Shown: positions 11,164 through 20,117 of the stretch, in pieces
Layout of the letters: each line of letters opens with the position of its first letter
Position numbering within the stretch: the stretch's first letter is position 1
Origin: a virus
Taxonomy: Duplodnaviria; Caudoviricetes
DNA length: 39,384 nucleotides
Virus record (IMG/VR): IMGVR_UViG_3300020227_000030
Location: 1-39,384 of that record
Reading direction: 5' to 3' (one strand)
Translations under genes and position numbers: made by a program
Notes under the pieces: model-generated
Databases searched by the model: none
Told to the model about the DNA's origin: nothing
The model's input: only the letters and a program-made list of their open reading frames with translations

Positions 11164-11523
11164 TTATTTTGTAAATTCTTTTAAATTTTCTTTTTGTTCT
11201 TGTTTATTAGCTTCTTCTGAGAAAGCGCTAGTTAAGAATGACATTTGTTTTTCAACAACTTCGCCTATTTCTCTAATGTCTACGCCGTCCATAAATTCTT
11301 TAGAAGAAAATTGTTTGTTATATAAATCGCTAACCAAATCAGCCATTAATTTCATTGCTTCAAACTCTGATTTTTCTCCAATACCGTTAAATTCTTCTGT
11401 TGCATCAACTAATTTTGAAAATGGAATAAAGTTTGGCATTGTATATGTTTTTGTTTCTACTTCACCGTCTTTTTTTATTTTTGTTACTAGCTCGATAGTC
11501 ATTTGTTCTTTTTGTTCAGTCAT
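11164..11523 (-). CDS. Tail assembly chaperone G
   Basis: Between major tail and TMP genes; MADLVSDLYNKQF motif; start 11523 follows GGAG. Confidence 0.8.
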   Translation of the reverse strand: MTEQKEQMTIELVTKIKKDGEVETKTYTMPNFIPFSKLVDATEEFNGIGEKSEFEAMKLMADLVSDLYNKQFSSKEFMDGVDIREIGEVVEKQMSFLTSAFSEEANKQEQKENLKEFTK

Positions 11524-11561
11524 TATTAATTGCTCCATTTCTTTTATTAGATTTAAGTATT

Positions 11562-11592
11562 AAAAAGAGAACGAAAATATTCGCTCTCTTTT
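11562..11592 (-). terminator. Intrinsic terminator after major tail gene
   Basis: AAAAGAGAGCGAA-TATT-TTCGTTCTCTTTTT on minus strand. Confidence 0.75.
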
Positions 11593-11608
11593 GTGTTGCT
11601 TATAGCCC

Positions 11609-11674
11609 CTATTCAGCTGAAATGATTGCTGATTTACTTCTAGCGTTTATTTCAACATTTCGGGGGTTATTAGG
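11609..11674 (-). other. +1 frameshift extension of major tail protein (PNNPRNVEINARSKSAIISAE)
   Basis: ACA CCC TAA shifty-stop site; 22-codon +1 frame; homologous to capsid extension. Confidence 0.8.
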
Positions 11675-12296
11675 GTGTTTCTGTTTCTGAATCGCCATTA
11701 CCATTTGAGCCATCACTATCAGGGTGTGATTGACCAAATAGTTTGTTCCAAATCGCATCGCGTTTGTCAGTTTTTCCGTCTTCGTCTGCACCTAAGAAGA
11801 ATGATTTTTTCTCTTCGAATCCTTCAACTTCTTCAGGCATAAACGTTCCTGTTACAGAGTCTTGAGAGAATTCAACACCATCTTCTTTTGTTTGTGCTTC
11901 TGTATCGCCCATAGATAAAATACCTTTAGGTAAAGCAACGTATTCAACGCCACCTTGTTCAGTTGTTTTAGCAAACAAAATACTTACATAAGGTGCATTT
12001 GCTTGTCCTACACCAACTAAGCCATCTTCTGATTCTTCTAAACCAAATAACTTAATACGGTCTTCTAATGGTAGTTTATGGAATGATGCCTCAACTTCTA
12101 CTGGTGATGATGCTTGTGCTACTTCTGCTACTTCGTTATCTCCGTATGCAGATTCAAGTGACGTTTCATTACTTACTGATATTTCTTGTAAGTATTTAAT
12201 ACGTTCGGCTTCAGTTCCTCCGTTAACTTTATTTTCGCCATGAATCATATAATAAAATCCTGTTAAACCTGTGAATGATTTATAATTTTTAGCCAT
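11670..12296 (-). CDS. Major tail (tube) protein, phi13-like family
   Basis: SFTGLTGFYY, AYGDNEVAE and TKEDGVEFSQD motifs; synteny. Confidence 0.92.
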   Translation of the reverse strand: MAKNYKSFTGLTGFYYMIHGENKVNGGTEAERIKYLQEISVSNETSLESAYGDNEVAEVAQASSPVEVEASFHKLPLEDRIKLFGLEESEDGLVGVGQANAPYVSILFAKTTEQGGVEYVALPKGILSMGDTEAQTKEDGVEFSQDSVTGTFMPEEVEGFEEKKSFFLGADEDGKTDKRDAIWNKLFGQSHPDSDGSNGNGDSETETP

Positions 12297-12299
12297 ATA

Positions 12300-12716
12300 T
12301 TATTGCTCCATTTCTTCTATATATTTTCGTCCTTTAAATTGCTTTGATTGTCTGTATAAATTGAAATCTTCAATGAATTCAGGTTTCATTGAGTTAAATT
12401 CTGCAAAATCAAATGTTTGCCACATGATTTTGGAGATACGCAAAATAAGCTCCCTAGAAACTAAGGAGCCATTCACGTTATTGCTATTTTGTTTAATGAA
12501 TATATCGATTTGAAAAACATACTCGTAAGTTAACGGGTTATTATCAGCAAAATTATTTGTAGTAGGTGAAATAATTTCATCTATAACAATGAGTGCGTTT
12601 TTTATGTCTTTTGCATTAGGATATGTGTAAAATTTAATATCGTTTTGTTTAATATATTTTGAAATAACAGGGTCATTAACAAATTTTCCGTACATCTCCA
12701 TCATTAAATCCCTCAT
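12300..12716 (-). CDS. Tail terminator/completion protein
   Basis: FADNNPL and FQIDIF motifs; position before tail tube gene. Confidence 0.7.
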   Translation of the reverse strand: MRDLMMEMYGKFVNDPVISKYIKQNDIKFYTYPNAKDIKNALIVIDEIISPTTNNFADNNPLTYEYVFQIDIFIKQNSNNVNGSLVSRELILRISKIMWQTFDFAEFNSMKPEFIEDFNLYRQSKQFKGRKYIEEMEQ

Positions 12717-13108
12717 TTTTTATCAAGTTCTCCTTTAAGAATCTTGAAATACAAATCAGCATTTAATTTGAGTTGCGTATTAACTACGCCTGTACCTTTA
12801 GGCTTATGAAACGACCCATCTTTAAGATAATGACCATGTTCATTAATATAAGCTAATGATTGATGATCACCACGCCAATATAAATTAGCTATCATTTCAT
12901 TACCTACTTTTTGAGGGTCTCTTAAATCAGTCCCTAATGATAATAAACCTGTATCTCTAACACCGTATAAAGATGATGCTACTTTATTTCTTATCATATT
13001 ACCGCCAGCTTTTATCGCTCTTTTTTCAGCTTTATCTATAGCTTTACGGCTGTATTTTGAATAAATTTCTTTTTCTATGAGGTCTAAACCATCAACTTTT
13101 ACGCCCAT
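12713..13108 (-). CDS. HK97 gp10-like neck protein
   Basis: RDTG and YINEHGH motifs; synteny. Confidence 0.75.
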   Translation of the reverse strand: MGVKVDGLDLIEKEIYSKYSRKAIDKAEKRAIKAGGNMIRNKVASSLYGVRDTGLLSLGTDLRDPQKVGNEMIANLYWRGDHQSLAYINEHGHYLKDGSFHKPKGTGVVNTQLKLNADLYFKILKGELDKK

Positions 13109-13443
13109 ATTTTAGACCCCACAATCTTTAAGGTGTTTTCTTCTTTAGGTGCAATATTTTTAATATTAAATTCAGTATCCTTGTACATGCCTGTTTTAAT
13201 TTCGAATGTATTACCCACATCAGGCAAGAATTCAGGATAAGCATTCCTAATAATAACCGTCACGTTAACTGTAGATGTTTCTAAGTTGCCTAAGCTGATG
13301 TCTTTAGAAGAAGGCTCATAAACCTCACACCAAGATTCAAACAAATCATCGTTGCCACCCATACCAGGATATGGGCCATCTTCGGCAACCTTATTAAACA
13401 CAACGTAATCTTTCATTTGGTTAACTCTCATAAGGATATGCAC
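13099..13443 (-). CDS. Head closure/head-tail adaptor
   Basis: WCEVY and VTVIIR motifs; synteny; true start may be 13431. Confidence 0.7.
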   Translation of the reverse strand: MHILMRVNQMKDYVVFNKVAEDGPYPGMGGNDDLFESWCEVYEPSSKDISLGNLETSTVNVTVIIRNAYPEFLPDVGNTFEIKTGMYKDTEFNIKNIAPKEENTLKIVGSKIWA

Positions 13444-13720
13444 CCCTTAACTTTTGAATTGCACCAGTTACGCCATTGGGCATAGCAACATATTGAACGT
13501 CAGAGTAGCCAATTCTACTTTCAAAATAGAATGATGCTAATAAGAAGACGCCTCTTTCATAATGCATATTACCTTCAAAGAAAGACTCATCACGCTTATT
13601 ATTATCAGGATAAACAGCATCTTTAATATCTGCTTCTGCCCATGCTAGATAGCGTTTTATCTCTTTATCTTCCATATTGTGGGTAACATGTAGATGGCGT
13701 TTAAGTTCTTCTACATCCAT
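13421..13720 (-). CDS. Head-tail connector (HK97 gp6-like)
   Basis: ELKRHLHVTHNMED and YFESR motifs. Confidence 0.85.
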   Translation of the reverse strand: MDVEELKRHLHVTHNMEDKEIKRYLAWAEADIKDAVYPDNNKRDESFFEGNMHYERGVFLLASFYFESRIGYSDVQYVAMPNGVTGAIQKLRGAYPYES

Positions 13721-13735
13721 TTAGCTCACCCTTTC

Positions 13736-14266
13736 TTATTCAGCGTTAACATCTGCTGATTCTTCGTCAGGGTCAACTTCTACGTTGTCCGGTTCATCTG
13801 GTGTAGGTTCTTCTTCAGTCTCAACTGTGACTGCACATGTCGCTTTTTTATTACCATCGTTTGTAATTACTTCAATATTAGCTGTACCGTCTGCAACTGC
13901 AGTAATTGTGCCATCTTCATCTACTGTAGCTACATCTCTATTTGATGATGCATAAGATACAGATTTATCTGATGCAGTAGAAGGTGCTATTGTCGCTTTA
14001 ACTGTCTCTGTATCTCCGACATTTAACGTTAAGCTTTCTTTATCAAGTGAAACTCCTGTTACTTTGATTGGATTTGTTTTAAATCCTGGTACATCGGTTT
14101 TGTCTGATTCACCATTTTCGTTTTCCCAAGCAACTTTATAATCACCTGTTGAATATTCAGTATCTGCGTCTAAACCGTCAATAGTAACTGTTGCTTTTCC
14201 GTCTTCTCCACGTTCAGCACTTGCTACTACTTTATCACCTTTATAAACTTTTAAATTATCTGCCAT
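13736..14266 (-). CDS. Ig-like virion accessory protein: partial FN3 domain, Big_2 domain, C-terminal tag
   Basis: VTIDGLDADTEY and WENENGES (FN3 strands E-G); VTGVSLDKESLTLNVG and VATVDEDGTITAV (Big_2). Confidence 0.85.
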   Translation of the reverse strand: MADNLKVYKGDKVVASAERGEDGKATVTIDGLDADTEYSTGDYKVAWENENGESDKTDVPGFKTNPIKVTGVSLDKESLTLNVGDTETVKATIAPSTASDKSVSYASSNRDVATVDEDGTITAVADGTANIEVITNDGNKKATCAVTVETEEEPTPDEPDNVEVDPDEESADVNAE

Positions 14267-14301
14267 TATAAATACCTCCTAAATTTGTAATTAAAAAACC
14301 C

Positions 14302-14367
14302 CTATTCTGCAGTAATAGACGCCGATTTACTTCGAACGTCTACTGCTACATTTTGGGGATTATGAGG
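14302..14367 (-). other. +1 frameshift extension of major capsid protein (PHNPQNVAVDVRSKSASITAE)
   Basis: ACA CCC TCA TAA; 22-codon +1 frame, 12/20 identical to the tail-tube extension. Confidence 0.72.
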
Positions 14368-15589
14368 GTGTATCTTCGTCTTCGCTTTCGCCGTCACCGT
14401 CTAAGTCAACAATTACTGCTGCTTTATGGTCTAATAAACGACAATCTTGACGTAGTGCAACCATTAAACATTCACCATAATGTTTATAGTCTGTCCAATC
14501 AGCTTCATATTGAGAACGTTGGAACAGTGTAATAGCGTCTTTGAGATTACCAAAGATTAATGTATTAGCACCTTTATCACCTAACATTTCGTCAGGTAAT
14601 ACAACCACTTTTGCACCTAATAAACGTTTTTGAGATGACTCTTTAATATCTGGTTGGATTAAATAGCGGTCTTCTTTATCTGCCATTTTATCCAACGTAT
14701 TAAAACCAGTTTGAGAGACGATTGCTACATTATTTTCATAGTTAGGAATAATATGTTTGTTAATAACGTCTTTCAGACCATTAACCTGCTCTTTTGAAGT
14801 ACTTCCTGATACTGTTTCATGAGGTATTTTAGTTTCTTCACCATCTTCACCAGGGCCGCCGTTTTTTAACACTTTGATAATTGCTTGGTTACGAGTTGCT
14901 GCAATTGTACGTGCCATCCATTGTTTTAATTCACCTAACACATCAACTTTTGCGTTTTCGATAGCTTCACGAGAGATACGGAAATAACCACGATGTGTTT
15001 TGATATCATAAGCAAGTTGGAAGAATGGTTTTACTGCTAATTCTGGGTTTTCGTCTAATTCATCAACCTCAGGTAATGCCGATACTTCAGATTGACGTAC
15101 AACTGGATATCTTCCCATTCCATTATCAACTTGTTTAACCGTTACATATTGATCTAAATTAAATTCTACTTCCTTTAATTTAAGAATGTCGTTAACAACT
15201 TCTTCTGGGATTACTACAAATCCTGAATTGGTTTTTAATGAACCTCCCGGTATATCCGCACGTGTTTCAATATATTCTTTGAACTCTCTTACTTCTTGTG
15301 AATCTTCTTCAGTACGATTTTCAAAATTCACGCCCGGTTGAAATGCTGCATTTCCCATATTTCTATTTTCTCCTTCTGTGCCTTGGTTATTTTCATTACT
15401 TTCTTTATTGCTTTCGCCTTCATCTTTTACCTTGTCTTCAACTTCTTTTAGTCGTTCATCAATTTCATTGATTTTATCTACAAGTTCCAAAGCTTCTTCA
15501 GGCTTTTCTTGATTCACTGCTTCATCTGCTCTTTTTTCTAATTGTGCGCGTTCAGCACGTAATTTAATTAATTCTGATTTTGCATTCAT
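14360..15589 (-). CDS. Major capsid protein, HK97 fold with N-terminal delta domain
   Basis: Coiled-coil N-terminus; GFVVIPEE, LPEVDELDENPEL and IFGNLKDA motifs. Confidence 0.95.
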   Translation of the reverse strand: MNAKSELIKLRAERAQLEKRADEAVNQEKPEEALELVDKINEIDERLKEVEDKVKDEGESNKESNENNQGTEGENRNMGNAAFQPGVNFENRTEEDSQEVREFKEYIETRADIPGGSLKTNSGFVVIPEEVVNDILKLKEVEFNLDQYVTVKQVDNGMGRYPVVRQSEVSALPEVDELDENPELAVKPFFQLAYDIKTHRGYFRISREAIENAKVDVLGELKQWMARTIAATRNQAIIKVLKNGGPGEDGEETKIPHETVSGSTSKEQVNGLKDVINKHIIPNYENNVAIVSQTGFNTLDKMADKEDRYLIQPDIKESSQKRLLGAKVVVLPDEMLGDKGANTLIFGNLKDAITLFQRSQYEADWTDYKHYGECLMVALRQDCRLLDHKAAVIVDLDGDGESEDEDTPS

Positions 15590-15680
15590 ATTTATTCTCT
15601 CCTTTTAGGCATAAAAAATAAGCATCGTCCTAAGACATGCTTTATGGATGTAGATTTATGGCGTTCATCTTCGCCAATTA

Positions 15681-16292
15681 TTATTTTTTTGCTCTCATAA
15701 CTGCTAATTTAGCTTTCGCTTGTTTCATTTGCTTACTATGTTCAATTTGTTTTTCTTCTTCCTCTTGAATTGACTCAATACTTCTTAAAGCTGGCGCTAC
15801 ATCTGTATCTTTGTATGCCGGATAAGTCACAACGCTAACATCTCTGATTGCTTTGATTTTGTTAACAGTACGTTTAAATAATCCATCGCTACGCTTTTCA
15901 AATGTGTCTCCGTCTTTATCAACAGCAAAGCCGAATGAACACTGATTCACATTACCTAACTTTACATTTTCGTATAGATCACGTGCGTATGTTGTATTAG
16001 GTAATTGGCAACGGAAATGTAACCCTTCTTTATCGACATTTAAATCTAATGTGTTCGCTGTAGTTCGACCTAACACATAACTTGAATTATGGTCGATTAA
16101 ACAACGTACATCTGATAAATCAGCATTTTTTAACGATCCTGGTGTAACAGTTTCGATAAATTTTTGTTTTTGTCCTAATGGATTACTTTCTGTATTAAAG
16201 CGTAATGCATAGCCTTCGATAATCATTTTCTCATCATCTTTTGCGACTATCTTATCCGCTGTTCTAAATTCCATATCATTCATTATTCTCAC
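15681..16292 (-). CDS. HK97-type prohead protease
   Basis: IEGYALRFN, LIDH, CSFGF and DVSVVTYPAY motifs. Confidence 0.95.
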   Translation of the reverse strand: MRIMNDMEFRTADKIVAKDDEKMIIEGYALRFNTESNPLGQKQKFIETVTPGSLKNADLSDVRCLIDHNSSYVLGRTTANTLDLNVDKEGLHFRCQLPNTTYARDLYENVKLGNVNQCSFGFAVDKDGDTFEKRSDGLFKRTVNKIKAIRDVSVVTYPAYKDTDVAPALRSIESIQEEEEKQIEHSKQMKQAKAKLAVMRAKK

Positions 16293-17550
16293 CCCTTTCT
16301 AGTGTTCGAGGGTTAGGTGCCTGATTATTTGTTGATGTTTCTTTTAACTGGTAATCATCAGCTACTGTAGCTGATATATGATTAAGGTCAAATCTAGGCG
16401 TTTGGCCTATACCATTAGGATATGGTTGACGTCCAGTTGCTTCACGATATTCATCAAAAGTAATTGCGCCTTTTTCAAGTTCAGAACGAAGATTCTCTGT
16501 ATAAGCTTCCCAATCGATTTTACGGAAACTACTTGTATCAAAAGAAAACTCTTTATTGTATTGGTCTTTACCATTAATCAATTTGAAATCTAGTTCAGCT
16601 TCCCAAGTCTTCATATATCCATGTAAACAACTATTTAAATAATCGTTATTTGTGTCTTTAATAGATGTATTGGGTTGTTCTACCCCAAATTTACTTAATG
16701 GGATATTGAGCGCCTTAGCAATAGCTTTTGTAGGCGTCTGATTTTTGTTTATAACATCTAACAGAGAACTATCAATCTCTAATTGCTCATAGTCTAAAGA
16801 TTCATCTAAAACTAAAACTTTACCAGCGTTATTTTCGCCTGAGTTTTCTTTTGTAAATTCCTCGCGTAATTTATTTCTAGCTTGAGGGCTTAATGTTGAA
16901 TCTTTAGCCTTTAATAAGCCCGAATGTTGTCCACCATTAGCGAAAAACTTACTATAAAAGTTCTTAGTAAATCTTTGTGTGTTTAAATCTTCTTCAAGCG
17001 CATCTAAGACCTTCAACGAGTTAACACCGTCTAATGTGAAAGGTTTAATATCAATAACATCTTCAAATGGCACTTGAATATACTTATCATCGTTAGTATT
17101 GATATCGTAAACATAATCACCATTCTGAGTTGTTCTTAAATGGACGCTTGATGTCTTCATGTGGTAGAGTTCATAAACTTGTCCGATTGGATTACGTTCA
17201 ATCTTGATATAACCATGACCCGTTAATAATGCATTCATCATCACAGCGTATTTCATCATATAAGCGTTCATATAAGGATTTGGTTTTTTGTTTAAAAGAA
17301 ATTCTAAACGATCACTCGCTTTATAAACGCCATTCTCTTTAACTTTAATATCAAGTTTTGAAATATCGCGGGATAATAAGTTTACGGCTGTCCATAAATC
17401 ACTATTTCTTAAAGCTTTATGTTCGTCATAACTTAGTGTGCTTAATGGTATAGTGTTGAATGAAAAGGTTGTAAGCAAATCATCATTATTCGGCTCTGTA
17501 ACCCAATTACTGTTTCCTTTATTGCTTCGAGTTTCATAAAAGATACCCAT
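16276..17550 (-). CDS. Portal protein (HK97 family)
   Basis: LNKKPNPYM, FFANGG and IAKALNIP motifs. Confidence 0.95.
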   Translation of the reverse strand: MGIFYETRSNKGNSNWVTEPNNDDLLTTFSFNTIPLSTLSYDEHKALRNSDLWTAVNLLSRDISKLDIKVKENGVYKASDRLEFLLNKKPNPYMNAYMMKYAVMMNALLTGHGYIKIERNPIGQVYELYHMKTSSVHLRTTQNGDYVYDINTNDDKYIQVPFEDVIDIKPFTLDGVNSLKVLDALEEDLNTQRFTKNFYSKFFANGGQHSGLLKAKDSTLSPQARNKLREEFTKENSGENNAGKVLVLDESLDYEQLEIDSSLLDVINKNQTPTKAIAKALNIPLSKFGVEQPNTSIKDTNNDYLNSCLHGYMKTWEAELDFKLINGKDQYNKEFSFDTSSFRKIDWEAYTENLRSELEKGAITFDEYREATGRQPYPNGIGQTPRFDLNHISATVADDYQLKETSTNNQAPNPRTLERGENNE

Positions 17551-17571
17551 TGTCTTTTATCACCCCTTTCA

Positions 17572-17778
17572 TTACTTTTTGGTTGGCTCTTTAGCCGAAT
17601 TCTGTTCAATCACTAAAATGATTGCGACCAGAATCGACGTAATACCGGTTGTTGCTAAACCAACCACAACGCCAAAACCTATATAGCTAGTGACGTTGAT
17701 TAAAATTAAGCCTAATAAAAAAAGGATAGGTACAAAATAGCTGGATAATACCAATCCTACAAGTTTTAATGTATTCAT
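17572..17778 (-). CDS. Small two-TM membrane protein
   Basis: Hydrophobic 68 aa, AGGAGG RBS, usual position before the portal. Confidence 0.8.
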   Translation of the reverse strand: MNTLKLVGLVLSSYFVPILFLLGLILINVTSYIGFGVVVGLATTGITSILVAIILVIEQNSAKEPTKK

Positions 17779-17789
17779 TTGTTTTCCTC

Positions 17790-17948
17790 CTAAAATATTG
17801 CAATAGATTCTGTATTACCAAAGACCAACGCCTTATATGGTGTTGATTTTGTTATTTTTTCTTCTAAATATGTTTCTACTTCTCCAGTTAAATGGTCTTG
17901 CGTTATCACAAACATGATATTTTCATCTTTATCAATATAAATTTTCAT
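17790..17948 (-). CDS. 52-aa hypothetical protein (MKIYIDKDENIMF...)
   Basis: AGGAGG RBS; fills the gap after terL; not in ORF track. Confidence 0.75.
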   Translation of the reverse strand: MKIYIDKDENIMFVITQDHLTGEVETYLEEKITKSTPYKALVFGNTESIAIF

Positions 17949-17959
17949 ATATAATCCTC

Positions 17960-19660
17960 CTAGAACCCGAAGTCATCGGATAAAATCCAATCTTCTAAGT
18001 CTTTTTTAAATTCATGATTCATAGCTACAGAGTAACCACTTGTTAATGCAACTAATGCATCAATCTTATTTCTATTCGTTTGTTTATCTAAAATTATATT
18101 GCCGTTGTTATCTGTTTTAGTAATGGCGTTATTTATCGCAAGACTTAAGTTAGGGTTGCCATTATGTTGTATTTTCTTCTCAAATACATCTAACTTAAAT
18201 TGTTTCAATGCCGGTGATAAGTTTCTAAAGTTTTGTGCTACTTCAATCAATGGATAGTTTGTATCTTTTTCTAACTTCGCTATTACTGCCTGTGCGTTCC
18301 ATGGGTCATACATGATTCCTTTAACATTTAACTCGTTAGACTCAATGTAATCTATCAACCACTCGCATACTTGTTCATAGTTAATAATGCCTGATTGTGT
18401 ATTTGTTAAAGTAGCCATATCCGTTTGTGCTAAACTCATATAATTTATTTTATCTCGCTTAGACTTTTCTTCTATTGAGTTTTTAGTACCAATAAATACA
18501 TGTGAATCTACATAGAACTTCTTATCTTCTAATGGGAATATCATACCAACAGCTGTTAAATCATCTGAACGGCTTAAATCTAATGTTAGATATACAGCAC
18601 GTCCTTTTATATTTAATTTTTCGTCTATATAACATTTCTCCCAATCCTGTAGAGCGATATAAGTTTCTTTGCTTGATTGTCTCCACAAATTAAAGTTTTT
18701 AACTAATGTTCCGTTAATATCTTGTTTTTGTATCGCTTCATTCAAATCACTTTTTAAGTTTTTCATTAACGTTGGTCTAATTTTTTCATTAGCTAATAAA
18801 GGATTTGATTTTTCCCATGTTGTTTCATCGTAGATTTCTTTTTCACTATCTTGTTCAGCAATGAAAGTAAAATAAGTATCGTTTTCTTCTTTACCTTTCA
18901 ACACTTTACTTAAATAGTCATATTCAGTCTTCATAGGTCCGTTTAAGTTAAATCCTGCTGTACTAATGATAATGTTCATTGGGTTATCTAAAAGCACCTG
19001 TGAACTCTTAACAACGTCATACACTTTAGTGTCTGATGATGCGTGAAACTCATCTAATAATGAGAAACTAATTTGATAACCATCTAAGTTATTAGCCTCT
19101 TTTGATAATGGTTTAATTTTACTTCTGTCTTTTAAGTTAATAATTTCATTCTTACTTGGTATAATCTTTATTCTTTCTTTAATCTTGTCTGATTTTCGCA
19201 TGATAGCTTCAAGCTGCGTTTTCATCATGTTCCATGTGATAGAACTTTGTTCTCTACTTTGAGCACTGCTTGTAATCAAACGCTCATTCTTAGGATTAGT
19301 ACCGTATAAGAAGTCATATAAACCTAAACCACTAATAACAAGTGATTTACCGTTCTTACGGCTCATTGATACGTACGCTTTTGTGAAACGTCGGTTACCT
19401 TCTTTCGTTTTCCAACCCATAATAGAACCAACAATAAATCTTTGGAAATCTTCAAGTTCCATTGTTTCTCCTGTAGTTGGATTAGGTAACATTTCTAAGA
19501 ATTTGATAACTCTATTCGATTCTTGAACATCGAAATAATAATCTTCTCTGTCATTAAGAAACCTTAAGTGTCGCTCACATTCTTTTTTCACTTTTTGGCT
19601 TGCTATAATATCTCCTTTATAAACTGATCTAGCATAATCAGTTACTGGGTCTTTAATCAT
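17960..19660 (-). CDS. terL: Terminase large subunit
   Basis: Walker A SRKNGKS, Walker B LLDEFH, nuclease LDLS..DDLTA and KIDALVA. Confidence 0.97.
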   Translation of the reverse strand: MIKDPVTDYARSVYKGDIIASQKVKKECERHLRFLNDREDYYFDVQESNRVIKFLEMLPNPTTGETMELEDFQRFIVGSIMGWKTKEGNRRFTKAYVSMSRKNGKSLVISGLGLYDFLYGTNPKNERLITSSAQSREQSSITWNMMKTQLEAIMRKSDKIKERIKIIPSKNEIINLKDRSKIKPLSKEANNLDGYQISFSLLDEFHASSDTKVYDVVKSSQVLLDNPMNIIISTAGFNLNGPMKTEYDYLSKVLKGKEENDTYFTFIAEQDSEKEIYDETTWEKSNPLLANEKIRPTLMKNLKSDLNEAIQKQDINGTLVKNFNLWRQSSKETYIALQDWEKCYIDEKLNIKGRAVYLTLDLSRSDDLTAVGMIFPLEDKKFYVDSHVFIGTKNSIEEKSKRDKINYMSLAQTDMATLTNTQSGIINYEQVCEWLIDYIESNELNVKGIMYDPWNAQAVIAKLEKDTNYPLIEVAQNFRNLSPALKQFKLDVFEKKIQHNGNPNLSLAINNAITKTDNNGNIILDKQTNRNKIDALVALTSGYSVAMNHEFKKDLEDWILSDDFGF

Positions 19661-20117
19661 TCAACATCTCTCCAAATTCATCTTCTGGTTTTTCTTCTTT
19701 TTTAGGTGGAAGAATTTTTAATCGTCCATCTATCGTTAATCCTAATTTAGGTGCTATAGAATTCATGATATTGAACGAATCTCGTTTGACTGTGTGCCAT
19801 GGACTTAACTTAGAACCTCTTTCGGTGTATTCGACCGTGTCAGTTTTAGATAACATACGGTTTGCTTCTTGATAATCAGCGTATGCTTGGCAATATGTCG
19901 ATACCATTGCTAAATCTAAACTTTTAATAGGTAATTCTTGTAACAATGGATATATACGGTTATATTCTGCCTTTGCTGTTTTGCTTAACCAATTAGGAGG
20001 AGTCTTTTGAATAGGTTGTAAATCTTCCATAGCGTTTTCAACATCTTGTTTTTTCTCTTTTTCCTCATTGGTGTAATGTTTTTTCGATTGTGATAATAAC
20101 TTTGGTGATTTAGCCAA
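19653..20117 (-). CDS. terS: Terminase small subunit (P27 family)
   Basis: PPNWLSKTAKAEY, YCQAY and LGLTIDGR motifs. Confidence 0.93.
   Translation of the reverse strand: MAKSPKLLSQSKKHYTNEEKEKKQDVENAMEDLQPIQKTPPNWLSKTAKAEYNRIYPLLQELPIKSLDLAMVSTYCQAYADYQEANRMLSKTDTVEYTERGSKLSPWHTVKRDSFNIMNSIAPKLGLTIDGRLKILPPKKEEKPEDEFGEMLND

Noticed and set aside
11150-11200. Classical -1 G/GT slippery site
   Set aside because: No convincing site found; the downstream gene has its own AAGGAG RBS and a full G domain
11609-11791. 60-aa ORF as an independent gene
   Set aside because: No RBS; only its last 21 residues are meaningful, as the frameshift extension
16276-16330. Portal C-terminus PNPRTLE as a fourth tag
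   Set aside because: Lacks the NV.V and SA.I.AE pattern and any CCC-T shift site
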